Assembly: GCA_965662175.1 (NCBI GenBank)
Contig: CBFIGT010000010.1
Coordinates: 1 to 38,803 of the forward strand
Length of the DNA stretch: 38,803 nt
Direction: 5' to 3'
Source of the DNA: Arcobacter sp.
Lineage (GTDB): Bacteria > Campylobacterota > Campylobacteria > Campylobacterales > Arcobacteraceae
The notes under the pieces are model-generated. The model did not search any database and was not told the DNA's origin. It was given only the letters and a program-made list of their open reading frames with translations. The number at the start of each line of letters is the position of its first letter. Position 1 is the first letter of the stretch. A program made the position numbers and the translations under genes. Below are positions 19,837-29,031 of the stretch, piece by piece.

Positions 19837-21540
19837 ATGCAATTTCTATACCAAAATGTACTTTACTTAATGTTAGTACCAATAATAATTTTAATTTTTT
19901 TAATTGCAAGCAATAAAAGTAAGTTTGAACAAGTTTTTAATGAAGAAATAATCTCAAAACTCTCTATTAAAAATAAGTATCTAACAAAAAGCAGTAGAAA
20001 CATACTACTTTTTATTGCCCTTATTTTAATGACAATTGCCCTTGCTAGACCTGTAATTAATCCAAAAGAACAAAATATTACTCAAGAAGTTATACCTTTA
20101 GTAATAGCAATTGATGTCTCAAAATCCATGTTGGCACAAGATATATATCCAAATAGATTAGAAATGGCAAAAAATAAAATAATTGAATTAATTAATAAAC
20201 CAAATAATTTAGCAATTGGAATAACAATTTTTGCAAAATCATCTTTTGTCTTATCGCCACTAACTTATGATTTTACATCTTTAAAGTTTATAATCAATAA
20301 TTTTGATTATAAATTAAATATCGATGATGGCTCAAATATATTAGATGTATTAGAAGCATCTAATAAACTCTTAAAAGATAGTCCAAGTAAAAATATTATT
20401 CTTCTAAGTGATGGGGGAAATAAAAAAGATTATAATAAAGAGATAGAGTTTGCAAATAAAAATAACATAACTGTTTATACCTTGGCTTTGGCAACAAATA
20501 AGCCAACTCCAATACCAAGTGCAAATAATAGTTATCTAACAAATAAAAATGGTGAAATAGTTACTGTTAGTTTAAATGAAGCAATAAAAGAGTTAAGTTT
20601 AAAGACAAAGGGAGGATATATTAATTACACACTAAATAACAGTGATATTAACTCAATTATTGCTGATATTCTTAGTAATAGTTCTAAAATTAATCAAGAA
20701 TCACAAAAGTATAAAATATATACTGAGCTTTTTTATTATCCTTTAGGCTTAGCTATTTTTATACTTTTATTAGCATTCTCCTCAGTTCCAAAACTAAAGT
20801 TTTTTAGTTTTTTTGCTTTAACTATTTTTCTTACAAATGACAAAAGCTATGCATCAATATTGGATTTTAAAACTATAGATGAGGCAAATATTGCTTATAA
20901 AAATAAAGAGTATGAAAAAGCATCAAATAGTTTTAGTAATTTTTTAGAGAAAAATGAGGGAAAATATAACTATGGAAATGCATTATATAAACAAGGTAAA
21001 TATAAAGATGCCTTAAAAAACTTTAGTGACATTGAGACTACAAATGATGACTTAGAGTTTAAGAAACTCCATAATATGGGAAATTCTTATGTTAAATTAA
21101 ATGATTTAGAAAATGCTAAAAAAATGTATGAAAAAGCCCTAAAGATAAAAAATGACAAAGAGACAAAAGAGAATCTTGATTTAATAAATAAAGAGTTGGA
21201 TAAGAAAAAAAATAAAGAGAGCTCTAAAAATAAAGAGAATCAAAAGAGTAATGATGAAAAAAACTCTAATGAAAAAAATAAAAAAGATGATAATCAAAAA
21301 GAGAATAGTGATAATCAAAAAGAGAATCAGCAAAATAGTGAAAATAGAAATAACCAAGATAACAAAGAAGAAAAAAGTGAAAATAAAGAGAACAAAGATA
21401 AAAGCATAAATGAAAATATAATTTCAAATAAAGAGGAAAAAAAGTGGATGGAACTTCTTGAAAATGGGAAAGCACCAATCCTTTTAAGAAAAAATAATGG
21501 GAAAGAGGAAAACCAAGATAATTTAGTTTCCCCTTGGTAA
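19837..21540 (+). CDS. VWA domain + TPR membrane protein (BatB/BatC-like)
   Basis: N-terminal TMs, ALARP, MIDAS DVSKSM...PNRL, SPLT, LSDG; TPRs YNYGNALYKQG and HNMGNSY; low-complexity N/K/E/Q tail ending in PW. Confidence 0.88.
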   Translation: MQFLYQNVLYLMLVPIIILIFLIASNKSKFEQVFNEEIISKLSIKNKYLTKSSRNILLFIALILMTIALARPVINPKEQNITQEVIPLVIAIDVSKSMLAQDIYPNRLEMAKNKIIELINKPNNLAIGITIFAKSSFVLSPLTYDFTSLKFIINNFDYKLNIDDGSNILDVLEASNKLLKDSPSKNIILLSDGGNKKDYNKEIEFANKNNITVYTLALATNKPTPIPSANNSYLTNKNGEIVTVSLNEAIKELSLKTKGGYINYTLNNSDINSIIADILSNSSKINQESQKYKIYTELFYYPLGLAIFILLLAFSSVPKLKFFSFFALTIFLTNDKSYASILDFKTIDEANIAYKNKEYEKASNSFSNFLEKNEGKYNYGNALYKQGKYKDALKNFSDIETTNDDLEFKKLHNMGNSYVKLNDLENAKKMYEKALKIKNDKETKENLDLINKELDKKKNKESSKNKENQKSNDEKNSNEKNKKDDNQKENSDNQKENQQNSENRNNQDNKEEKSENKENKDKSINENIISNKEEKKWMELLENGKAPILLRKNNGKEENQDNLVSPW

Positions 21541-21545
21541 AAGGA

Positions 21546-22679
21546 TTAATAATCCGCTGATTTTCTCATTTGCATTAACTCTTTTTGAACAGAGATATTT
21601 ATTTTCTCATTTGCTTCAAAATTTAAAGCGTAGTTTCTGCCATCATAATCAACAGAGTTTAGAATAATTTTCATAGCCTCTACTCTTGATAAATGTTTAT
21701 CATCACTTCTAACTATATACCAAGGTGCAGACCTTGAGTTTGTACGTCTAAGCATTTCATATTTTTTTTCTGAAAATTCACCCCATAAATCTTGAGCTTG
21801 CATATCAACTTCAGAAAACTTCCAATGTCTAAGAGGGTCATTAATTCTTCTATCAAATCTTCTTTTTTGTTCATCTTTAGAAACAGAAAAGTATAATTTA
21901 ATTAAAATCATTCCCTGTCTAACTAAATCTTGCTCAAAATTAACAACATCTTCCATAAAAATTTCATGCTCCTCTTGGGTACAAAATCCAAAAATAGGCT
22001 CAACCATAGCTCTATTATACCAAGACCTATCAAATAAAACTACCTCTCCACCTGTTGGAAAGTGTTGTATATATCTTTGAAAAAACCACTGATTTTTTTG
22101 AGTATCATTTGGTTTACCAAGGGCAACTACTCTATAGTGTTTATTGTTCATATATCTAGTTATTCGTCTAATTGCTCCACCTTTTCCTGAAGCATCACGA
22201 CCTTCAAAAAGAATAATCATTCTTTTATTCTCTTTTTCTAAATAGTTTTGAAGTTTAATTAGCTCGATTTGATAATTTTTAAGCTCTTCTAGTTCATATA
22301 TTTTTTGAATGCCATTTTCTAGAACATTTTTATCTAATTTTTTATAATCACCCAATAGAGATTTTAAAAAATCATTTTCCTCTTTTAGCTTCTCTAATTC
22401 TTTATTCAAAACTTCATTATTTTGATTATTTAGTGAATCATTATGATTTACGTCTAAAGTAGTATTTTCATTTACAATAATTGAATCTTTAAATTTATTT
22501 AATAAATTTAAAGCATCTCTTTTTGTTAAATTATCTTTTTTAGTATATCCCAAAACTCTTACATATCTTTTTTTATCATATTGAAATCTTGCAATATATT
22601 TTCTACCATATGTTGCATGAGCTGCCTTTGAAATATATAATCCACTATAATTTGTCTTCTCAAAATCACTTAAATTCAT
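21546..22679 (-). CDS. ppk2: Polyphosphate kinase 2 with an N-terminal extension of about 120 aa
   Basis: EGRDASGKGG, FDRSWYNR, KLYFSVS, DPLRHWKFS, APWYIVRSDDK. Confidence 0.93.
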   Translation of the reverse strand: MNLSDFEKTNYSGLYISKAAHATYGRKYIARFQYDKKRYVRVLGYTKKDNLTKRDALNLLNKFKDSIIVNENTTLDVNHNDSLNNQNNEVLNKELEKLKEENDFLKSLLGDYKKLDKNVLENGIQKIYELEELKNYQIELIKLQNYLEKENKRMIILFEGRDASGKGGAIRRITRYMNNKHYRVVALGKPNDTQKNQWFFQRYIQHFPTGGEVVLFDRSWYNRAMVEPIFGFCTQEEHEIFMEDVVNFEQDLVRQGMILIKLYFSVSKDEQKRRFDRRINDPLRHWKFSEVDMQAQDLWGEFSEKKYEMLRRTNSRSAPWYIVRSDDKHLSRVEAMKIILNSVDYDGRNYALNFEANEKINISVQKELMQMRKSADY

Positions 22680-22682
22680 CTT

Positions 22683-23609
22683 CTATCTAATCCTTGCAAA
22701 TTTATTCTCTTTTTCCATCATTTCAATCTCTTGGGTCCCTGAAATCAAAACTTCTTTATCTATTTCAAATAAATTATCTTCCTCTTTATTAGGATAATTA
22801 ACCTGTGATAAAATATATTTAATACAATTTAATCTTGCTTGCTTTTTATTATCACTTCTAACTACAATCCATGGTGAGATATCTGTATTAGAAGCCATTA
22901 GCATTGAAAATTTAGCAATTGTATAGTTATCCCAAAGTTTTTGAGACTCTTTATCCACCGGTGATAATTTATACTGTTTTAAAGGGTCAATTTCTCTTTT
23001 TTTAAACCTTCTTGCTTGCTCTTTTTTTGAAACTGAAAAGTAAAACTTCATTAAAATAATTCCTGATTTTACTAACATTTTTTCAAACTCAGGAACCTCT
23101 CTTAAAAATTCATGATGCTCTTCAGTTGTACAAAATCCCATTACAGGTTCAACTCCACCTCTGTTGTACCAAGATCTATCAAATAATACAATCTCTCCAG
23201 CACTTGGTAGGTGTTGAGTATATCTTTGAAAATACCATTGTGTTTTTTCAATATCTCCTGGTTTTCCAAGGGCAACAATTCTTGCACCCCTTGGATTTAA
23301 GTGCTCAGTAATTCTTTTGATAGTACCACCTTTTCCAGCAGCATCCCTACCCTCAAAAAGCATAAGAACTTTTAAACCTTGGTCTTTAACATAGTTTTGA
23401 AGTTTCAAAAGTTCAATTTGTAACTGAGTTAACTCTTTTTCATATTCAAGAGTCTCTTTTTTAACCCAAATTTGAACTTTTTTACCCTTTTGCTTTAAAA
23501 TCTTTCTCTCTCTTGAGTAATTTTTACTTTTATGTTTTAACTCTTCTTGGGTATCAATCTCTTCTTCATCTTTAAACTCTTCGTTTATAATATCTCTATC
23601 TCTACCCAT
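22683..23609 (-). CDS. ppk2: Polyphosphate kinase 2
   Basis: EGRDAAGKGG, EHLNPRG, QWYFQRY, FDRSWYNRGGVE, DPLKQYKLSP. Confidence 0.96.
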   Translation of the reverse strand: MGRDRDIINEEFKDEEEIDTQEELKHKSKNYSRERKILKQKGKKVQIWVKKETLEYEKELTQLQIELLKLQNYVKDQGLKVLMLFEGRDAAGKGGTIKRITEHLNPRGARIVALGKPGDIEKTQWYFQRYTQHLPSAGEIVLFDRSWYNRGGVEPVMGFCTTEEHHEFLREVPEFEKMLVKSGIILMKFYFSVSKKEQARRFKKREIDPLKQYKLSPVDKESQKLWDNYTIAKFSMLMASNTDISPWIVVRSDNKKQARLNCIKYILSQVNYPNKEEDNLFEIDKEVLISGTQEIEMMEKENKFARIR

Positions 23610-23625
23610 AAATTATCCTTTTTTA

Positions 23626-24762
23626 CTAAGAAAGCTTAGATTTGTAATCATTGTACCCAAAATTCTTTACAATTTGGTAACAATCTGATTTTTTTATTGC
23701 AATAGATGGTAACTTAATTCCATTAAATGTCGTTGTTTTAACCATTGTGTAATGAATCATATCTTCTAAAATAATTCTATCACCAACTTCTAAAGGTTTA
23801 TCAAAAGAGTAATCTCCAATAATATCACCTGCCAAACAAGTATTACCACCCAATCTATAAGTGTATTGTTTAATTCCAGCTTCAGCACTATTTCTTATGG
23901 CTGCTCTATATGGCATTGCTAAAGTATCAGGCATATGAGCTTCAGCTGAAGTATCTAAAATAGCAATTTGCATACCATTTTCTACAATATCTAAAACTGT
24001 TGCCATGAGGTAACCTGTTTGCCAACCTACAGCTTCACCTGGTTCCATATAAACTTGAAGATGAGGATATCTTGATTTAAACTCTTTTAATAAAGTTATT
24101 AATCCCTCAACATCATAATCAACTCTTGTAATATGATGTCCTCCACCAAAATTCACCCATTTCATTTGAGGTAAAAATTCACCAAAATTCTCTTCAAAGT
24201 TTTGTAAAGCACCCTCTAGGGCATCTACATTTTGCTCACAAAGAGCATGAAAATGTAAACCCTCTACATCCTCAAGCTCATTTGCTAAAAAGTTTTTCTT
24301 TGTAATACCAAGTCTTGAAAATGCACCACAAGGATTATATAAATCAACTTCAACCGATGAGTATTCAGGATTAACTCTCAAACCAATAGATGATTTACCT
24401 AAAACTTTATGCTTTAGAGTTTTTAATTGATTAAAAGAGTTAAATACAACATGATGTGAAATATCAACAATCTCATCCATCTCCTCTTCTTTAAAAGCAG
24501 GAGAATAAGTGTGAACCTCTTTTCCAAACTCTTTTGAAGCTAAAAGCGCCTCATGCAAACCACTTGCACAACACCCCTCAAGATACTCTTTACATAAATC
24601 AAAAGAGGAGTAAAGGGCAAATCCTTTTAAAGCTAATAAAATTTTTATTCCAGCTTCTGTTTGAACTCTTTTTAGTAGTTTTAAATTATTTTCTAAAAGT
24701 TCTTCTTCACATACAAAACAAGGACTTGGTAACTCTTCAAAACTTTTAACAGTATTATCCAT
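23626..24762 (-). CDS. nspC: Carboxy(nor)spermidine decarboxylase
   Basis: LLALKGF (PLP lysine), GLRVNP, YNPC...[42 protein letters not shown] 24762 overlaps the rubredoxin stop (ATGGATAA). Confidence 0.95.
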   Translation of the reverse strand: MDNTVKSFEELPSPCFVCEEELLENNLKLLKRVQTEAGIKILLALKGFALYSSFDLCKEYLEGCCASGLHEALLASKEFGKEVHTYSPAFKEEEMDEIVDISHHVVFNSFNQLKTLKHKVLGKSSIGLRVNPEYSSVEVDLYNPCGAFSRLGITKKNFLANELEDVEGLHFHALCEQNVDALEGALQNFEENFGEFLPQMKWVNFGGGHHITRVDYDVEGLITLLKEFKSRYPHLQVYMEPGEAVGWQTGYLMATVLDIVENGMQIAILDTSAEAHMPDTLAMPYRAAIRNSAEAGIKQYTYRLGGNTCLAGDIIGDYSFDKPLEVGDRIILEDMIHYTMVKTTTFNGIKLPSIAIKKSDCYQIVKNFGYNDYKSKLS

Positions 24763-24919
24763 TATAAGGCTCAAAATCATCTTTTCCTACACCACAATCA
24801 GGACATTCCCAATCATCAGGAATATCTTCAAAAGCTGTACCTGGAGCAATTCCACTATCTTCATCGCCTATTTCTGGATCATAAATATAATCACAAATTT
24901 TACATATATATTTTTGCAT
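24755..24919 (-). CDS. Rubredoxin (54 aa)
   Basis: [19 protein letters not shown]...[24 protein letters not shown] with two CxxC motifs; AAGGAG RBS before ATG 24919. Confidence 0.96.
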   Translation of the reverse strand: MQKYICKICDYIYDPEIGDEDSGIAPGTAFEDIPDDWECPDCGVGKDDFEPYNG

Positions 24920-24929
24920 CGTATCTCCT

Positions 24930-26129
24930 TTATTTAACTGGTAATTCAACAATTTTCCAAGGAAGACCTTGAGTCATAAGTTCATCCATAAATGGTTTAG
25001 CATCAAACTCTTCTATATTAAATACACCTTGATTTTTCCAAATACCTTTATAAAGCATTTTAGAACCAATCATTGCAGGAACTCCTGTAGTATAACTTAC
25101 AGCTTGCGCTCCTGTCTCTTTATAACACTCTTGGTGATCACAAATATTATAGATATAAACTTTTTTAGCTTTACCATCTTTAATTCCCTCAATAATACAA
25201 CCAATATTTGTAAGTCCAACAGTTCTTGGTCCTAAGCTTGCAGGGTCTGGTAATAGTGTAGTTAAAAACTCAATTGGTGTAATCATCATCCCCTTGTGTT
25301 CAACAGGCTCAATACCTAACATTCCTACATTTTGTAAACAATTCATATGTTGAATATAAGCATCACCAAATGTCATAAAAAATCTAATTCTTTTTAGACC
25401 TTTGATATTTTTTACAAGTGATTCTAACTCTTCATGATAAAGTAAATAAGATGGTTTTACACCAACTTCAGGATAATCATGATCAACTCTTATTTCTAAA
25501 GGTTTTGTTTCAATCCACTCTCCATTTTCCCAATATCTACCATTTGCACTTACTTCTCTAAGATTAATTTCTGGATTAAAGTTTGTAGCAAATTTATAAC
25601 CATGGTCACCCGCATTACAATCCATAATATCTATTGTATGAATTTCATCAAATAGGTTTTGTTGAGCATAAGCACAAAATACACCTGTAACACCTGGGTC
25701 AAATCCACTTCCTAGTAATCCCATTATTCCAGCATCTTTAAATTGACCATCTCTAGCCCATTGCTCTTTGTACTCAAATTTTGCTTCATCAGGATGTTCA
25801 TAATTTGCTGTATCAACATAATCAACACCTGTTTTTGTACAAGCATCCATAATTGTTAAATCTTGATAAGGTAATGCAACATTTAAAACTAACTTTGGAT
25901 TAACTTTTTCAATAAGTTTTACAAGCTCATCAACACTGTCAGCATCAACAGATGCAACATCAATATCTACATTTTGATTTTTTTTAATATCATCTCTAAT
26001 AGATTCACATTTTGATATAGTTCTTGAAGCTAATGTAATTTTTTCAAATGTATCTATATTCATTGCACACTTTACAGTTGCAACCCTACTAACACCACCA
26101 GCACCGATAATTAAAATACCTTTTTTCAT
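24930..26129 (-). CDS. Carboxy(nor)spermidine dehydrogenase (saccharopine dehydrogenase family)
   Basis: [66 protein letters not shown]; clustered with nspC. Confidence 0.93.
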   Translation of the reverse strand: MKKGILIIGAGGVSRVATVKCAMNIDTFEKITLASRTISKCESIRDDIKKNQNVDIDVASVDADSVDELVKLIEKVNPKLVLNVALPYQDLTIMDACTKTGVDYVDTANYEHPDEAKFEYKEQWARDGQFKDAGIMGLLGSGFDPGVTGVFCAYAQQNLFDEIHTIDIMDCNAGDHGYKFATNFNPEINLREVSANGRYWENGEWIETKPLEIRVDHDYPEVGVKPSYLLYHEELESLVKNIKGLKRIRFFMTFGDAYIQHMNCLQNVGMLGIEPVEHKGMMITPIEFLTTLLPDPASLGPRTVGLTNIGCIIEGIKDGKAKKVYIYNICDHQECYKETGAQAVSYTTGVPAMIGSKMLYKGIWKNQGVFNIEEFDAKPFMDELMTQGLPWKIVELPVK

Positions 26130-26157
26130 AATAAAACCTCTAAAATAAATTAATCTT

Positions 26158-26225
26158 ATTATACATTATTAGAAATTAAAATCATCAATAATTTAAAAAA
26201 GTTATATTATAATCTTTAAGAAGGA
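26158..26225. promoter_or_regulatory. Divergent sigma70-type promoter region (polyamine operon / Pel cluster)
   Basis: Minus-strand TATAAT at 26158-26163; plus-strand TATAAT at 26208-26213 followed by AAGGA RBS at 26221-26225. Confidence 0.55.
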
Positions 26226-26231
26226 TATCAA

Positions 26232-28055
26232 ATGAAATTATTTAAGTTGTTTATAATTTTTTTATTGCTGTTTTCTTTTGGAAATGCAAATGAGATAAAA
26301 AGAAAAATATTAGTAGTAGTGCCATATGGTGAAAATATAAAAATAAATGATGTACATACAAAATTAGAGGCTATTTTAAACTATTATGGTTTTTTTTGTG
26401 AATATGTGAGAGATGATGGAGTAAATTATCCTAAAAACATAGATGAATACAAAGGTTTTATTTTTTGGAACCAAGGTTTAGTTTCACCAAATCCACTAAA
26501 TCTAGCTAATTTCCTTACAAAATTTAAAGATAAAAAAAATATTATTATAGGTGATATTCCTATTGAAGACTTAAAAAATAATAATTATGAAAAAGAGATT
26601 AACAAAATTTTAAAAAAGAATTTTTATTTTTCAAGTGGTGATAATTGGGTAAAAAATCCTACTAATTTAAAAAAAGAGTATGATGATGAGTTTTTTGGAT
26701 TTGAGAAAAAAATATCATTTATAAAGGGAAATGAATTTTCAAATATAGAGATTCATAGTGATAAAATAAAAACAATTTTTAAAGAGGAGCTTGAACTTAA
26801 TAATGAAAAAATAATCTCTAATTCTGTTTTTATTGCACCATGGGGATTTTATGGTCAGTTTGATAAAGTATTTTATAAAGATGCTCAGATTAATAAAAAC
26901 AGATGGATAATAAATCCATTTAAAATGATAGAAAAAGTCTATACAAAAGAGTATCCAATACCAGATACAACTACAAAAAATGGAAAAAGAATTGCTTATA
27001 TTCATATTGATGGGGATGGAATATTATCAAAAGCATTTAATAGTAAATATACTATTGAAGTTGGATATAACTTCATTAAAAAACAACAACTAAAAACAGG
27101 TGTCTCATTTATTGTTTCAGAGTTAGATAAAAATGGACCTATATTAAAAAATGAGTATACAGAAAATGGTTCAAAAAAACATGACTATAAATTATTAAAT
27201 GATTTTGCAAAAGAGATTTATAAACTTCCCTTCGTAGAACCAGCCACACACACCTACTCACACCCTTTTAACTGGAGAGAGGGAATTGTAGCTTATAGTT
27301 CAAATAAAAATGCTACAAAAGCCATTTACAATGATATAGAAGCATACCAAGAACCGGATAAACAAGTTAACTTAGAGTTGGAAATTGAGTACTCTCTTAA
27401 TTATTTGAGAAAATTAACAAATAAACCAATAAATACCGTTTATTGGAGTGGTGATTGTTATCCATCAAAAAGAGATTTACAATATATTGAAAAAAATAAA
27501 CTTTTAGCTTTTAATGGGGGAGATAGTAGATTTGATTTGGAGTTTAACTCTTACTCTTATGTAACACCACTTAGTTTATACTCAAAAGAAGCTACACAAA
27601 TTTATTCATCAAATAGTAATGAAAATACTTATACAAATCTTTGGACAGAAAATTATTGGAGATTTAAAAATGTTGTTAAAACCTTTAGAAATACAGCTTA
27701 TCCAAAAAGAATTAAACCAGCTAACACCTATTATCATTTTTACTCTTTTGCAAAAAAAGGCTCTTTAAATAGTCTAAATAAAATTTATGCTTACTACAAA
27801 AAAAATGATTTTGAGTTTATCTATCCATCAGAGTTTATAAAAATAGCTAAAAATTTTCACGATATAAAAATTGAACAAAATAAAAACTCTTTTTTAATTT
27901 CAAATATAAAAGATTTAAGAGAGTTTAGATTTGAGGGTAAAAAAGAAGTTAGCTCAAAAGATATAGCAAAAGTATTTTATGACAAATCACTTGATGTAAC
28001 TTATGTTAGAATTAAAGATAAACTTAATCAAGCTACAATAATAGTAAATAATTAA
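26232..28055 (+). CDS. PelA-like polysaccharide deacetylase without the N-terminal hydrolase domain, paralogue 1
   Basis: Signal peptide; RWIINPF, PIPDTTTKNGKRIAYIHIDGDG, PATHTYSHPFNW, YWSGDC, FNGGD, NENTYTNLW, PKRIKP..TYYHFYS match the C-terminal half of PelA. Confidence 0.85.
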   Translation: MKLFKLFIIFLLLFSFGNANEIKRKILVVVPYGENIKINDVHTKLEAILNYYGFFCEYVRDDGVNYPKNIDEYKGFIFWNQGLVSPNPLNLANFLTKFKDKKNIIIGDIPIEDLKNNNYEKEINKILKKNFYFSSGDNWVKNPTNLKKEYDDEFFGFEKKISFIKGNEFSNIEIHSDKIKTIFKEELELNNEKIISNSVFIAPWGFYGQFDKVFYKDAQINKNRWIINPFKMIEKVYTKEYPIPDTTTKNGKRIAYIHIDGDGILSKAFNSKYTIEVGYNFIKKQQLKTGVSFIVSELDKNGPILKNEYTENGSKKHDYKLLNDFAKEIYKLPFVEPATHTYSHPFNWREGIVAYSSNKNATKAIYNDIEAYQEPDKQVNLELEIEYSLNYLRKLTNKPINTVYWSGDCYPSKRDLQYIEKNKLLAFNGGDSRFDLEFNSYSYVTPLSLYSKEATQIYSSNSNENTYTNLWTENYWRFKNVVKTFRNTAYPKRIKPANTYYHFYSFAKKGSLNSLNKIYAYYKKNDFEFIYPSEFIKIAKNFHDIKIEQNKNSFLISNIKDLREFRFEGKKEVSSKDIAKVFYDKSLDVTYVRIKDKLNQATIIVNN

Positions 28056-29031
28056 AAAGGAAAAATTTAATATGAAAAATAATATTATAATAACAATTGC
28101 ATTCATTTTTTTTACTAATCTATTCTCATATGCTTCAACTAATATAGAAAGAAAAGTGCTAGTTTTATATTCAGAAAAAAATCAAGTAAATACAAATAGT
28201 GTTCATATGAGATTAGAGTCTATTTTAAACTATTATGGATATTATGCTGAACACATCTCAACAAATCCAGATAATTATCCAAGTGATATATCATCTTATG
28301 CTGGTTTAATCTATTGGAATCAAGGTGAAAAGGTTAAAGAACCTTTAAAATTAGTACAATTTATTTCAAAATTTAAAGATAAAAAGAATATCTTTATTGG
28401 AGATATACCAACATCAGATATTAATGGCAAAAACTATATTAAAGAGATAAATCAGATTTTAAAAGATAGTTTTGGATTTCATTTTGGTGGTATTTGGATT
28501 GAAAATCCAAAAAACATAAAAAAAGAGTATGATAAAGAACTATTCGATTTTGAGATGAAAATATCTTTTTTTAATCAAAAATATTTTACCTATGTTATAA
28601 CTGATGATCCTAAAATAGATGTGGTTTTCAAAGAGTATTATAGAAATAAAATATCAAACTCCGCATTTTTTGCTCCATGGGGATTTTATGCACCACTAAA
28701 TAAAGTTTTTTATGATAATGATACTGTTGAGGGAAAAAATCGTTGGATTATTAATCCATTTAAATTAATAGAAAAAGTTTATGAAACAAATTACCCAATA
28801 CCTGATACAAGTACTAAAAACGGAAAAAGAGTTGCTTATATACATTTAGATGGGGATGGAATATTATCCAAAAATGAGAAACAAAAATATACTATTGAAA
28901 GAGCTTATAATTTTATTAAAGAGCAAAAGCTAAAAACAGGTGTCTCATTTATTGTTTCAGAATTAGATAAAAATGGACCTATATTAAAAAATGAGTATAC
29001 AAAAAATGGTACAAAAAATCATGACTATAAA
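27090..29031 (+). repeat. Near-identical 102-nt direct repeat inside the two pelA-like genes (27090-27191 and 28930-29031)
   Basis: Hand alignment gives 4 mismatches in 102 nt at an offset of 1840, equal to the offset between the two start codons. Confidence 0.85.

Noticed and set aside
21190..21420. Repetitive AATCAAAAAGAGAAT-like units in the VWA-TPR gene
   Set aside because: They encode the low-complexity N/Q/K/E linker typical of BatB/BatC-like proteins; there is no regular repeat-spacer structure, so this is not a CRISPR array.
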